A DNA stretch of 64,000 nt from an uncultured Ignavibacteria bacterium (GTDB lineage: Bacteria; Zixibacteria; MSB-5A5; CAIYYT01), in the NCBI GenBank assembly GCA_964537215.1, contig CAZIBI010000002.1:64001-128000 (forward strand), read 5' to 3'. This document shows positions 16,167 to 27,295 of this stretch, one piece after another; positions within the stretch are counted from its first letter, which is position 1, and every line of letters begins with the position of its first letter. The notes below the pieces were generated by a model. The model was not told where the DNA came from and did no database searches. It saw only the letters and a list, made by a program, of their open reading frames with translations. A program made the position numbers and the translations under genes.

Positions 16167-17690
16167 TTGCGAATGAAACAGAAGCGTGACGCGCCATCGC
16201 CGACCCAAAAGCCCCTCTCTAATTCCAATATTGACCGCGGCGGAATCTCCACATCCTCCATAATTACGCGTTATCGTCTGGCAGTTGCCGGGCTTGGAGC
16301 GTTGTCAATAGTCTTTGCGCTTGTATTTGTGAGAATGTCTGAAAAGCTCCAGTTCGCGATGGTCGCCGCAGTTCCGGCCATACTGATGGGCGCTTACATG
16401 ATGGTCAGCCAGTTTGCCGGTGTCTGGGCTTTCGTCATGGTCGAGTATCTAAGGCCGTATACGTTTATCGCGGCCCTGCGACCCCTGCGTCTGGGAATGT
16501 TGACCGTTGCCGTGACTTTGGTTTCATGGATCATAGCCCAGGCCGTCAATCGAGAAAAAATCCACTGGAACTCCCTCTGCACTTGGTTTCTCTGTTACCT
16601 TCTAGTCATCGCTTCGAGCATCCTTACCGCCGGTAATAATTTCCGGGCGTATCACGCCTTCGAAGGTTTGCTGGTGACCTTCCTGATGTTCTTCCTGCTT
16701 CTCAACATTGTGAAGACAAAGGATCAACTTAGCAAAATCATCTGGCTGTTGCTTCTAGTTCATGTCTATTACGCGATCAAAGGAATCTTCAACTTTGCCC
16801 TGGGTGGTTCAGGCGGCGGCTTGGTCACGAGCGGTGCTGTCGGCGGAAGTTTCATGGGAGATGAAAACGACTTTGCGCTCGCGCTCAATGCCATGATCCC
16901 GTTCGCGTTTTTTATGTTCCAGAATCAGACTTCGAAATTCAAGCGGCTCTTCTTGATCGGCTCGTTGCTCGTCCTCGTACTCGGCGTCGTGTCGAGCCAG
17001 TCGCGCGGCGGCTGGGTCGGTTTGATGGCGGTTGCTTTGTTCTGCTTCATGAAATCAAAGCGCAAACTGATGAATCTTGGCATCGCCGCAATGCTGGGCG
17101 TCGCCGTCCTGATTTTTGCTCCAAGCAGCTATTGGTTGCAGGTTGAATCGATTACTGATACCGAGGAAGCTACAGCCAACTCACGCCTAAACTACTGGCA
17201 TGCCGCAGTACGTATGTACATCGACTACCCGATTACCGGTGTCGGAGCGGCAAATGGCCCGATGAAAATGCCTTATTACGTAACCGGATTTCGCGATCCG
17301 GCAACGCAATGGGGGAGAACATTCCACGGAACTCTGCCCCTGGTTCTGGCTGAATCTGGTACTTTGGGAATCGTCTGCTATTTGATGCTGTACATAACAG
17401 CATTGCGCGGCTTAAGCGGGGTGCGAAAACGCTTCAGTCAGGATCACCGCTCGGACGAGTGGACTTATGCGAGCGCAATCACGGGCGGAATGATCGGATG
17501 GCTGACTTCGGCAACTTTCTTGTCAGCCGCGTACTATCCACATCTCTGGTCGTTATATGCTATGACCGGTGTCTTGCTTCGAATCGCCAAGACTACTCCT
17601 GACGTCGCACTTTCGCAATCTCAAATCGAAAGTGAATCAGGCCCTTCTATGCCCATCGACGATCGTGCGATCAAGCCAAAAGAGGGATAA
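16167..17690 (+). CDS. O-antigen ligase/Wzy-like polysaccharide polymerase family membrane protein.
   Basis: ~10-12 hydrophobic segments. The Wzy_C-like motif is LLVLVLGVVSSQSRGGWVGLMAV and a large periplasmic loop is present. Confidence 0.65.
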   Translation: MRMKQKRDAPSPTQKPLSNSNIDRGGISTSSIITRYRLAVAGLGALSIVFALVFVRMSEKLQFAMVAAVPAILMGAYMMVSQFAGVWAFVMVEYLRPYTFIAALRPLRLGMLTVAVTLVSWIIAQAVNREKIHWNSLCTWFLCYLLVIASSILTAGNNFRAYHAFEGLLVTFLMFFLLLNIVKTKDQLSKIIWLLLLVHVYYAIKGIFNFALGGSGGGLVTSGAVGGSFMGDENDFALALNAMIPFAFFMFQNQTSKFKRLFLIGSLLVLVLGVVSSQSRGGWVGLMAVALFCFMKSKRKLMNLGIAAMLGVAVLIFAPSSYWLQVESITDTEEATANSRLNYWHAAVRMYIDYPITGVGAANGPMKMPYYVTGFRDPATQWGRTFHGTLPLVLAESGTLGIVCYLMLYITALRGLSGVRKRFSQDHRSDEWTYASAITGGMIGWLTSATFLSAAYYPHLWSLYAMTGVLLRIAKTTPDVALSQSQIESESGPSMPIDDRAIKPKEG

Positions 17691-17714
17691 CAGAAGATTG
17701 GTAGGGGGAAGCTG

Positions 17715-18695
17715 CTAAACTTTTGAGTGTCTGAGATAACTAACTTCGACGGGATCGTAGTCTCGCCTCCGAAGGCGCCGGCGTAGACTGTCAAGGAACC
17801 ACTTCAATTCAAGGGCGAGCAGTTTGCGCTTCGAGATGCTTGCGCAACCTAACTGGCTCACATAGCAATCAAGAAGCTCTGAAACTGGTGCGAACCAGCA
17901 ATCGCGTTTGCTAAGTTCCGCCAACAGTTTCTTCGTCTCCGGATGAACCTCGTCGTTTTCTACAAAGCCTTTCCCAAAGTGCGTGCTGATGATGCACATC
18001 CCGCCATCTCGCTCCAGCGATTCCTGACGACTGCTGGACAGCAATGCATTAAACTCTTCGACGTTTTCGGCGTCGCAGGAAAGAAACCACGCATTGACCC
18101 ACGGAGTATGTCTGTTGTGATAGACGACCGGTGTGGCGCCGTTCAAGATATTGATTCCGGTGAAGGTAAAACTGCGAACATACTTGAGGTGCTTCTGCGC
18201 TAGATCGCCCCAGAAATAGGGAGACCCGCTTCGGTGGCCAAGGAAATACTGTCGGTCGTCGCGGCTTAACAGCGCGTACAGTCGTTTCGTAAACCAAAAC
18301 GTAAATCGCTCCGAGCCCCAATACAGATTGTCCCGGTTCCGCCCGTGAGCCGCGTTGATTGTCGGGTACGCTCCGAACACCTCGCGAAACTTGGCGAAGC
18401 CTCGTTCAATCTCGGCTCTGTACATGCTTTCCATTCCGGCCCCATGAAATGCGATTTCAAATCCGCGCCGTTTCAGCTCGAGCATGTAGGCAGCGTATTC
18501 GGAATTTTCCAGCGTATCGGAGCCTCTGTAGCTGCTGGCGCCCTCATAACCAACGCTCCACACCGACTTGGTCGTACGTATGCCTAGCTCCGAGAGATAG
18601 TCGTAGAGGGGGCGAATTGAAGCCAATGTCGACACATCCGTATCGTCAAATACGGAGAATGCGCATCGCTTACCGTTGGGAAACGTAACTTTCAT
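17715..18695 (-). CDS. Putative polysaccharide deacetylase-like (NodB/DUF2334-like) protein.
   Basis: SVFDDTD resembles NodB motif 1 (TFDDG). Weak overall; soluble, 326 aa. Confidence 0.35.
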   Translation of the reverse strand: MKVTFPNGKRCAFSVFDDTDVSTLASIRPLYDYLSELGIRTTKSVWSVGYEGASSYRGSDTLENSEYAAYMLELKRRGFEIAFHGAGMESMYRAEIERGFAKFREVFGAYPTINAAHGRNRDNLYWGSERFTFWFTKRLYALLSRDDRQYFLGHRSGSPYFWGDLAQKHLKYVRSFTFTGINILNGATPVVYHNRHTPWVNAWFLSCDAENVEEFNALLSSSRQESLERDGGMCIISTHFGKGFVENDEVHPETKKLLAELSKRDCWFAPVSELLDCYVSQLGCASISKRKLLALELKWFLDSLRRRLRRRDYDPVEVSYLRHSKV

Positions 18696-19819
18696 TGAGG
18701 GCCAAGGCCACCGGCGGCATCCGCAAAGCCTCGTGTAATATAGGAATTTTGATATAGTTGATCGAAATCGTCCGCCTTGTTCTCACTGCGGAATGCAACA
18801 TGGACGGTTTGTGGTATGCGTATGAATGCGGACGCCTTCAAAGTTTTTGCTAAATCTCGATTGTTGCCGGAGAACATGATTATGTCCACACCCTCATCAT
18901 AGCCACGGAATAATGCGTGCTGCACCAGCTCCTCGAGAGTATGCGGATCCGCATGCGACCACATCGCATCGATCACGTTAAGGGCCTTGAGTCCGTTTAA
19001 GGGACCGCCGTCACTATAAGTCATGATAGTATATAAGGCCCAAGCCTTGACTTCGTTTGACTTCGTATAGACCATTTTCCGCCAGCCTTTTGAAGTCGGG
19101 AACTGCCAATTCATATACTTGGAATTGCGAACATTGGTCAGACTGAAATATCCCTTGGTCTTTTCCCACAATTCGTCGACTTCAGGACCGAACTTATCCA
19201 CATCAACAAAGCGACAGTCTTTGCCCTTGCGCACCTTCGCCGGAATCCTCTTGAGCTGGTGAATGGTCGAAATGCCCAGACTCATCGGCATCCGCAACAT
19301 GCGCCAGGCGAGTGCCGCAACCGACTTCATTTTCTTCGGCAAGAATCTTTCGATGCGATCAACTGTCATCACGGACAAGAAGCGCCGTGGCTTAACGATG
19401 TGCACATACTCCACGATTTTGCCCGGGAAAACCCAGTTGTCCGCCTTATGAGATCGCAACGCGGCCTCAATAACGAAGACTCCTGCCAAAAGCGGAAACT
19501 CCTTTGTGGCGACTTCGTCAAGTTTCTTTGCCAAGCCCAACCCCCGGTATTCCTTCAATACAAATCGGCCGCTTCCCCAATGAGCCAGTCGCTCTTCGCC
19601 GTTCATCCAAAGTGCGAACGGTGTCGAGGCTAAATGACCGACAACCGTGCCGTTTTCAATAGCTATCGTTGTTGTCGGCTTATCAGTTTCGTAGGGGTTC
19701 TTGCTGGATTGATCGGAGCGTTGATCGCTGTTGGCGTCTTGAGTCGAAGCGAATACTTTTCGGCAAAACTCATTGACTAGATCTTGTTCAGCTCCCACTT
19801 TACAGAGCCTAACTTCCAT
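18692..19819 (-). CDS. GNAT-family acyltransferase (N-terminal GNAT fold plus C-terminal extension).
   Basis: HWGSGRFVLKEYRGLGLAKKL matches the GNAT motif A (R/Q-x-x-G-x-G/A). Confidence 0.5.
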   Translation of the reverse strand: MEVRLCKVGAEQDLVNEFCRKVFASTQDANSDQRSDQSSKNPYETDKPTTTIAIENGTVVGHLASTPFALWMNGEERLAHWGSGRFVLKEYRGLGLAKKLDEVATKEFPLLAGVFVIEAALRSHKADNWVFPGKIVEYVHIVKPRRFLSVMTVDRIERFLPKKMKSVAALAWRMLRMPMSLGISTIHQLKRIPAKVRKGKDCRFVDVDKFGPEVDELWEKTKGYFSLTNVRNSKYMNWQFPTSKGWRKMVYTKSNEVKAWALYTIMTYSDGGPLNGLKALNVIDAMWSHADPHTLEELVQHALFRGYDEGVDIIMFSGNNRDLAKTLKASAFIRIPQTVHVAFRSENKADDFDQLYQNSYITRGFADAAGGLGPQ

Positions 19820-20367
19820 TCGCGTCTCCGTTAATTCCGACCAGATTCATGTTCAAGACTCGCTCCATGATATGATTCGTAACTGGCGTTGCAAGTATTT
19901 GTTATCTCCACCCGGAACCACTTGGAAAATGAAGGCTCAAGGGGGGATTGCAACGCTAAAAAATCATTTCGGAATATTACCCTTAAGTAGGTCGACAATA
20001 TTCACTTTGAAATAACAATTGTCCAGCAATTTCGCGAGTGAATTCTTGACCATACGATTCAAAATAGAGCAGGCCGACGCAATTTCACCGGCTGATTTCG
20101 CCTGTGCCGTATTGATCTTAAGTCGTAGCGACCGCGATCGAAACTGAAAGGCTGTCACATCGACAAAAGAATAACTGTTTTCCTGATTTGGTCGATATTC
20201 GAACGTAGGCGACTGTCGCAACAAATCCGTTAGTGGGACAAATGACTTGCTAAGCCTCAAGCTCGGCTGTATCATACTATACTAGTTAGGAATTGGAAAT
20301 TTCACCTAAGCATCGGTAGGCAGGAGTAAGAGCAGCGAACGACTCATATGCAGGCGAAAGGTCACAA

Positions 20368-21399
20368 GTGAGGAGAGTTGTAGAGTACAGTGATGATTGC
20401 GAAGAAATCTGGACTGACTACATCAAACGTTCGCCGCAAGCTTCCATTGCCCATCAAATTGGCTTCCGAAAAGTCATAAAGGAAGGGCTGGGCAACACTC
20501 CGATCTATCTCATGGTTCGCGATGGTGATTCGGTTGCCGGTGTCTTACCTTTATTTTCAATCCGAACCTGGTGGAATGTACAATACTTGATCTCCGTACC
20601 GTGGCTCGATTATGGCGGCATCTGCGCCGATGATCCGGACGCCGAGGCGATGCTGCTCCAGGAAGCCCAAAACATCGCAAAACGAGAGAAGGCGGTCTTT
20701 ATTGAGTTCAGGTCAGAGCACAAGACCAAGCAGGCGCTGACTGACCTGGACCAAAGGGTGACCTTTTTGATGGAACTGAATCCTGACAGCGAAGCTCTTT
20801 GGAAGAGTCTTGACTCCAAAGTCAGAAATCAGGTTCGCAAGTCCCAGAACTCCGGCTTGACGGTTCACTACGGCCGACTGGAGCTATTGGACGAGTTTTA
20901 TCGCGTGTTTGCCTGGAAGATGCACGAACTGGGGACTCCCGTTTGGGGCAAGAAGCTGTTTGCTGGGGTACTCAAGGAATTCCCCGATTCTGTCGAAATT
21001 GTCTTGGTAAAGCAAGGAGACACAACAGTTACGGGTGCTCTGCTTTTGGCGCACAAAGACCGGCTCTATGTGCCGTCGGCAGCGTCCTATCGCAAGTATC
21101 TCAAAATGTGTCCCTATCACGCATTGTATTGGAGCGTTATTGAACGAGGTTGTCGGACCGGGTTCAAATACTTTGACTTTGGTCGTTCAACAATCAATTC
21201 GTCAACGTATCACTTTAAGAAGCAGTGGGTAAGTGTACCAACGCCATTGGAATGGCAATATTCGCTGCATCGCATTTCGGAGATTCCGCAAATCAATCCC
21301 AGCAACCCGAAATATCGACTCGCGAAGTGGTTGTGGATGCGTCTGCCGTTGCCGGCCGCGAACTTGCTCGGGCCATTAGTAATTAAGAATTTTCCCTAA
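20368..21399 (+). CDS. FemAB-family/Acetyltransf_6 (PEP-CTERM-associated FemAB-like, TIGR03019-type) acyltransferase.
   Basis: ~340 aa. WLDYGGICADD...FAWKMHELGTP...YRKYLKMCPYHALYWSVIERGCRTGFKYFDFGRS matches the pattern of FemAB/CelD-like enzymes in EPS loci. GTG start. Confidence 0.6.
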   Translation: MRRVVEYSDDCEEIWTDYIKRSPQASIAHQIGFRKVIKEGLGNTPIYLMVRDGDSVAGVLPLFSIRTWWNVQYLISVPWLDYGGICADDPDAEAMLLQEAQNIAKREKAVFIEFRSEHKTKQALTDLDQRVTFLMELNPDSEALWKSLDSKVRNQVRKSQNSGLTVHYGRLELLDEFYRVFAWKMHELGTPVWGKKLFAGVLKEFPDSVEIVLVKQGDTTVTGALLLAHKDRLYVPSAASYRKYLKMCPYHALYWSVIERGCRTGFKYFDFGRSTINSSTYHFKKQWVSVPTPLEWQYSLHRISEIPQINPSNPKYRLAKWLWMRLPLPAANLLGPLVIKNFP

Positions 21400-21431
21400 T
21401 CGGAAAGATACGGATCGTAATCAAATACACT

Positions 21432-22637
21432 ATGCAGAATCATCTCGTCGCTCCCGCTGGAACACCAATCGTATTCGGCGAATTAGCCAAGACCCTATAC
21501 GATCGCTTTAAGCGCGAATCGCACACCGAACGTCTGGCTAAGCGAATCCAGAGTTTCACCGGATCGCGACACAGCTATTTCCTCAATTCCGGTCGCGCCG
21601 CGCAAACCGTCCTGCTCCGAGCGATGCGCCAAATCGCACCGGAAGAGCGTAACGAAGTAATTCTGCCGGCATACACCTGTTATTCCGTCGCTGCGGCTAC
21701 AATCAGAGCTGGCCTGAAGATTCGCCTCGTCGATGTCAATCCAATGAGCTTTGATTATGACTTCGAGCATCTGGAAAGAATTTCCGGGTCGCGCGTACTC
21801 GCGGCACTAGGTTGCAATATGTTTGGCGTCCTCAACGATTGGGATCGCCTGGCGGAGATAGCCAAAGCAGGAAATTACTTCCTTGTTGATGACGGCGCGC
21901 AGTCATTTGGAGCTTCATACAAGGGAAGACAATCCGGAACATTAGGAACAGCCGGTTTCTACAGCCTCGGACGCGGCAAAGCACTGACTACCTACAACGG
22001 CGGCATCCTCGTCACCAATAATCGCGATCTCGTTGGTCCATTGGATGAAATCGTCGGCAAATTACCCGCCGCCGGACTCGTCGAAGAATGCGTTGTCTTT
22101 GTCAAGCTAATGATGTATTCAATGTTCATCCGGCCAAGCCTCTACTGGATCCCGGCATCGCTGCCGTTTCTTGGGCTTGGTGAAACTGAATTCGAAGTTG
22201 ATTTTGGGATGAGCAAATTGTCGTCGGTGCAGACAGTCGCCGGGTCAGTAATCTTTGAGAGCATTCTCTATTTCCACACCAGACGCGCTGAAAATGCGGC
22301 AGAATTGGCGAATGCGGTATTGAGTCTGGGAAAATTTGAAATCCCGGGCTGGAATGCCAAGAGCTGCCCGCCCTATTTACGCCTTCCTGTGCTGGCTCCA
22401 AATCGCGAGTCGCGCGATCGTGCAATTGAAGAACTTAGAAAAGCGGGAGTCGTTGCCACGAAAATGTATCCGACTACCATTCGCGCTATTCCTGGAATTG
22501 AACCGCACCTTGCTTCAGACCAAGCGGACTTTCCCGGTTCACAACAATTGGTCGATCGCCTCTTCACACTGCCGACTCATCCTTACCTTACCGAGCGGGA
22601 TGTTGACAACATCTTGGCCGGTCTCAAAAACATCTGA
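21432..22637 (+). CDS. DegT/DnrJ/EryC1/StrS-family PLP-dependent sugar aminotransferase.
   Basis: ILPAYTCYSVAAATIRAGLKIRLVDV...FYSLGRGKALTTYNGGILVTNNRDL carries the PLP-lysine. Confidence 0.8.
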   Translation: MQNHLVAPAGTPIVFGELAKTLYDRFKRESHTERLAKRIQSFTGSRHSYFLNSGRAAQTVLLRAMRQIAPEERNEVILPAYTCYSVAAATIRAGLKIRLVDVNPMSFDYDFEHLERISGSRVLAALGCNMFGVLNDWDRLAEIAKAGNYFLVDDGAQSFGASYKGRQSGTLGTAGFYSLGRGKALTTYNGGILVTNNRDLVGPLDEIVGKLPAAGLVEECVVFVKLMMYSMFIRPSLYWIPASLPFLGLGETEFEVDFGMSKLSSVQTVAGSVIFESILYFHTRRAENAAELANAVLSLGKFEIPGWNAKSCPPYLRLPVLAPNRESRDRAIEELRKAGVVATKMYPTTIRAIPGIEPHLASDQADFPGSQQLVDRLFTLPTHPYLTERDVDNILAGLKNI

Positions 22638-22655
22638 TGCGCCTGGTAGTTGGAT

Positions 22656-23799
22656 AATGCGCCGAATCATCAAACAGCTGTTTGCAGCGGCATTATACTA
22701 CTCCGGACTTCTGGCATTGCTTGACTATTGCGCACTGGCGCTCACACGCAAACCCCATGAAGTCTTGCTTATGTATCATCGGGTGCTCGATGATCCCTTC
22801 TCTGAATCCGAATACGCCCAAACGGGAACCGCGGTCTCGACCAAGTCATTTGAAGCGCAGATGGTGTTCCTGGCGAAAAAGTTTACGGTGCTGACTGCCG
22901 CCGAATATGTCAAACGCCGCAAATCCGGCACGCCATTGCCGAAGAAATGTGCGGTAGTTACTTTTGACGATGGTTGGGCGGACAACTATGAAAACGCCTA
23001 TCCGATTCTCAAGAAGCACAAGATTCCCGCAACGATCTTTCTCTGCTCGGATTTTGTCAATTCCACCAAGAAGTTTTGGTTTCATGAAATGATTCACGCC
23101 ATCAAGTGGCAGAATCTAAGCGCACAGCAACTCGAACAGGCACTCAATCGATTTCAATCTCAAGCACCTGCGGGGGCTTCCCAGCCTGTGTCGCTTTCGA
23201 CCCACACAACCTGGAATGCTCTCATCAACAGTTTCTTTCGACTCGCCAAGACACTTAGCGCCGATCAACTGGGCGTGTTGTTGGCCGACCTCACCCGGAT
23301 AACCGGTAAATCCGACGACGATTGGAAAAGCAAGCGGTTCATCTTAAGCTGGGACGAGATCACTGCGATGGATCCGGCAATCATTGAGATTGGTTCGCAC
23401 GGCAAATCCCACCGGCTTCTGACAGCAATCTCGCGCGACGAATCCGCCCGCGAGTTGATCGAATCCAAGCGCGATATCGAAGAGAAATTGGGAAGAAGAG
23501 TCCTGACTTTTGCCTACCCGAACGGATCGTATGACGAAACGATCAAGCAGATGACTGCCGAAGCAGGCTATGAAGGCGCGTTCGGTGTGGGATTCGATCA
23601 CCTGGACTCCGACCTGTTTGCAGTATCTCGCTCTGGTGTGCACGAAGGCGCCATTGCCGGTTTTCGCGGCAAATTCTCGCCGGCAATCTGGGCGGCAAAA
23701 TTAAGCCCGGCATACCAACGGTGGTTCGACAAACGCAAAGGTCCGCAAGAAAAGGTCAATAACCGCAACAACGCCCACTATGCAATCGATGCGTTTTAA
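22656..23799 (+). CDS. Polysaccharide deacetylase (NodB/CE4 family).
   Basis: VTFDDGWADNYENAYPILKKHKIPATIFL is NodB motif 1. An N-terminal TM segment is present. The internal Met is chosen as start; the listed ORF (from 22336) overlaps the DegT gene. Confidence 0.7.
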
Positions 23800-23811
23800 T
23801 TCTGCGACACT

Positions 23812-24969
23812 ATGGCAACGACTAAGATAAATCTTCTTCATGTAGTCTTGGAAATGGACATCGGTGGTTTGCAGCGTCTGATCACTGACACGACTCTTGC
23901 TATGGATCGCGAAAAATTCAGTGTCGAAGTCGTCTGCCTTGACAGCCTTGGCTGTTTCGCTGAAGTCCTGCAAGCCAACGGCGTCAAAGTCACTTTGCTG
24001 CGCCGCCACGATCAACACCTCGCTCTGTACCCGATTCGACTCGCCCGCTATATGCGACAGCGCAAAGTCCATATCGTGCACATGCACCCCGGCAGTTTCA
24101 TCTTCGGCATACTCGCCGCAGTACTGGCGCGGGTGCCGGTTTCGGTTTACACCGAACATGGCCGCGCCGTCCCGGAGAGTCCCGCGCGTGTCAGGGAAGA
24201 CCGGGTCTCCGGCGTCTTTGTCGATCAGATCATTGCCGTCTCGAAAGAATTGGAGCTGTACCTGGCGGACGCGGTCAAGTTGCCGGCGCACAAGATCTGC
24301 ACCGTAATCAACGGCGTGAGGGTTTCGGAATTTGTCAAGAGGCCAAAGGATCCCGCGCTGCAGAAAGAATTCGGTCTTGCGCCGGACACAAAAGTTCTCG
24401 GCACTGTGGCTCGATTGGACGGCGTCAAAGATCAGTTGACCATGCTCAAAGCAGTAAAGATCGTCCGCGAAACAATTCCAGATGTGCGGCTGATGTTAGT
24501 CGGCGACGGTCCGGAACGATCGGAACTGGAAAAGTTCGCAAAAGCGAACGGCATGGAAGGGAATATGACCATCACCGGTCAGCGCAATGACGTGCCGCGA
24601 CTGATCAATCTCTTCGACATATTTTTGCTTTCCTCCTTGCGCGAAGGCACGAGCATATCTTTGCTCGAAGCAATGTCATCCGGTGTCGCCCCAATTGTCA
24701 CAAATGTCGGCGGCAATCCAGCCATTGTGAGTTCCCAAGTTGATGGAATTCTGGTCGAACCGCGCGATCCGCAAGGAATGGCCGACGCCATCATAGAATT
24801 GCTGCGTGACGACGACAAGCGAAAGCGCTTTGCCGAGGCTGCCGCGCTAAAAGTCCGTAATCATTACAGTATCGAAAATATGGTTCGCCAATACGTTGAA
24901 ATTTATACAAAGCACCTCGCCAAAAAGAGACGGTCGCGCTATCTTGTGGAGCAGTACGCCGGAAAATAA
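23812..24969 (+). CDS. Glycosyltransferase family 4 (GT-B, GT1-like).
   Basis: LLSSLREGTSISLLEAMSSGVAPIVTNVGGNPAIV is the E-x7-E region. Confidence 0.85.
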   Translation: MATTKINLLHVVLEMDIGGLQRLITDTTLAMDREKFSVEVVCLDSLGCFAEVLQANGVKVTLLRRHDQHLALYPIRLARYMRQRKVHIVHMHPGSFIFGILAAVLARVPVSVYTEHGRAVPESPARVREDRVSGVFVDQIIAVSKELELYLADAVKLPAHKICTVINGVRVSEFVKRPKDPALQKEFGLAPDTKVLGTVARLDGVKDQLTMLKAVKIVRETIPDVRLMLVGDGPERSELEKFAKANGMEGNMTITGQRNDVPRLINLFDIFLLSSLREGTSISLLEAMSSGVAPIVTNVGGNPAIVSSQVDGILVEPRDPQGMADAIIELLRDDDKRKRFAEAAALKVRNHYSIENMVRQYVEIYTKHLAKKRRSRYLVEQYAGK

Positions 24970-25026
24970 TGGACTCGAACGCAGGGATCTCGCGATGAAA
25001 GCTACCGCATTCAACAGGACTAACGC

Positions 25027-26178
25027 TTGAAGACGTCTGAAATCGTCCTGCTCGTAATTTTTGCCGCCGCAGTCGCTGAAATCTTGTGGTCATATCTCGG
25101 CTATCCGATGTTTCTCTTGATCTGTTCGAGACTCATCCGCCGGGAAAGCAAGAGCAAAGACTGGCTGCCGGATGTCGCCGTCGTGATTACTGCTCACAAC
25201 GAGGAAAAACGCATTCGCCAGAAGATTGAGAATACACTGGCTCTCGATTATCCGGCTGACAAACTGCACATCACTGTCGTTTCCGATGCTTCAACTGACG
25301 GGACCGAAGAAATCGTCCGCACGTTCAAGGATCGCGGCGTGTCGCTGATGATCATGCCGGAGCGGCGCGGCAAACACTATGGTCAGGGCAAAGGCGTCGC
25401 TGCCGCACCGGCAGAATTCGTTGTCCTGTCCGACGCGACAACATTTCTGAAAAGCGACGCAGTGCGGTTAATCATTCAAAATTACGCCGACCCGAACATC
25501 GGCTGTGTCTCTGGTTGCGATGATGTCATGGAGCACGAAGATAGCTCGGTGGGCGAAGGTGCCTATGTGCGCTACGAAATGGCGCTGCGCCGCCTGGAAA
25601 GCCGGGTGTCTTCACTCATTGGCGCCAGCGGATCCTTCTTTTCAGTGCGAAAGAGTCTATGCGATACCTGGATTGACGACATGTCGAGCGACTTCTACTT
25701 GCCGCTCACGTGTTACATCAAGGGATACCGCTCCATTCTCGATGAACGCGCGATCGGCCACTACAGCGTTCTCCATGATCCTTCGCGCGAGTTTCAACGT
25801 AAGCTGCGCACAATAGTCCACGGCCTGGAAGTACTCTTCCACTTCAAGAGAGTGCTAAATCCGTTCAAGTACGGAATTTACTCGATACAGCTTATTAGTC
25901 ACAAATTGTGCCGTTGGCTCGTGCCGTTCGCCATGATTGCCGCGCTGGTCTGTAATATTCTCCTGCTGCCTTACGGCACTGCTTACCAGATGCTCTTTGT
26001 GATCCACTTTGCGACTTACGTCCTGGCTGGCTTTGCGTTTCTTTACAAACCGGTGCAGAGCTTGACGCTGTTCAAAGTCCCGCTCTTCTTTGTAATGGCA
26101 AACCTTTCCATTCTCATTGCCTGGTACAAATTCCTGCGCGGAGAAAAGTACGTAGTATGGAAAGCAACCGAAAGATAG
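25027..26178 (+). CDS. Glycosyltransferase family 2 with C-terminal transmembrane helices.
   Basis: VVITAHNEEKRIRQKIENTLALDYPADKLHITVVSDASTDGTEEI is the GT-A region, followed by the DxD motif VVLSDAT. The C-terminal TM segments suggest a processive/synthase-like GT2. TTG start. Confidence 0.8.
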   Translation: MKTSEIVLLVIFAAAVAEILWSYLGYPMFLLICSRLIRRESKSKDWLPDVAVVITAHNEEKRIRQKIENTLALDYPADKLHITVVSDASTDGTEEIVRTFKDRGVSLMIMPERRGKHYGQGKGVAAAPAEFVVLSDATTFLKSDAVRLIIQNYADPNIGCVSGCDDVMEHEDSSVGEGAYVRYEMALRRLESRVSSLIGASGSFFSVRKSLCDTWIDDMSSDFYLPLTCYIKGYRSILDERAIGHYSVLHDPSREFQRKLRTIVHGLEVLFHFKRVLNPFKYGIYSIQLISHKLCRWLVPFAMIAALVCNILLLPYGTAYQMLFVIHFATYVLAGFAFLYKPVQSLTLFKVPLFFVMANLSILIAWYKFLRGEKYVVWKATER

Positions 26179-27293
26179 CGGTCTGCCACATCATTTCCGG
26201 AGACCTTTGGGCCGGCGCCGAGGCACAGGCGTTCACAATGATGTCGGCGCTGGCGAAGATACCTGCGATTGAAGTCTCGGCAATTGTCCTCAATCACGGA
26301 AAGCTTGTGCAAAAACTAAAAGAAGCCAATATCGCCGTTGCTGTCATTGACGAGAGGAAGTACAGCTTTCTGCAAATATTGAAAATTGCTGCCGAAATCG
26401 TTGAAGCGCGGCAGGCGAAGGTGCTGCACTCGCATCGCTACAAAGAAAATTTACTCGCGGCACTCATTAGGAAGCAGGGAAGACCAGTCTATTTGGTGCA
26501 GACCGTGCACGGTGTTCAGGAAAAATTCGCCGGCGTCAAGAGTCTGAAGATTGTCGCCTATGGGAAGTTGAATGAATTCATTTCCAATCGCTACTTTGAC
26601 CGTATTCTTGCGGTGTCTCGTGACATTCAGCAAACGCTTTCGGCGAAGTACCGCCCGGAATTGCTGCGCCACGTTGCCAATGCCATCGATCTCGATCAGA
26701 TCAAAATCACAAAATCACCGGCCGAAGTTCGCGCGTCGCTCGCGATCAAGCCGGGAGAATTGGTTATCGGGGCAGTCGGACGCATGGTGCCGATCAAAGG
26801 TTTTGAAGTGTTCCTGAAAGTAGCCCAGGAAATATTGAAGACTTCGCCACAGACAAGATTCGTTCTTGTCGGCGACGGACCGGAGTTGGAGAAGCTCAAG
26901 GCCCTTGCCGGCACTTTGGGAATTTCCGAACAGGTCGTGTTCACCGGTTTCCGCGACGACATTCTGGATGTCGTGAATGCTCTGGACATTTTCCTGATGA
27001 CCTCCTGGCATGAAGGAATTCCCGTCGCACTCTTGGAGGCAATGGCGCTGGAAAAACCGACGGTTGCCACTGGTGTTGGCGGCGTCAATGAAGTCCTTGA
27101 AAACGGCGACACTGGGTTGCTTGCCCCAGTAGGAGATTTTGTTGCACTTGCGCAACAGTGTGAAGTCCTATTAAAGTCGCCCGAGCGCAGAAGCGCCATG
27201 GGCAAATGCGCCCGCGCAAGAGTTGAGAGTGAGTACTGGTCGGTGCAGCAAAGCCACCGGCTGCAAAACATCTACACGGAACTGTGCAAGTAA
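26157..27293 (+). CDS. Glycosyltransferase family 4.
   Basis: FLMTSWHEGIPVALLEAMALEKPTVATGVGGVNEVLENGDTGLL. Confidence 0.85.
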   Translation: MESNRKIAVCHIISGDLWAGAEAQAFTMMSALAKIPAIEVSAIVLNHGKLVQKLKEANIAVAVIDERKYSFLQILKIAAEIVEARQAKVLHSHRYKENLLAALIRKQGRPVYLVQTVHGVQEKFAGVKSLKIVAYGKLNEFISNRYFDRILAVSRDIQQTLSAKYRPELLRHVANAIDLDQIKITKSPAEVRASLAIKPGELVIGAVGRMVPIKGFEVFLKVAQEILKTSPQTRFVLVGDGPELEKLKALAGTLGISEQVVFTGFRDDILDVVNALDIFLMTSWHEGIPVALLEAMALEKPTVATGVGGVNEVLENGDTGLLAPVGDFVALAQQCEVLLKSPERRSAMGKCARARVESEYWSVQQSHRLQNIYTELCK

Positions 27294-27295
27294 AT

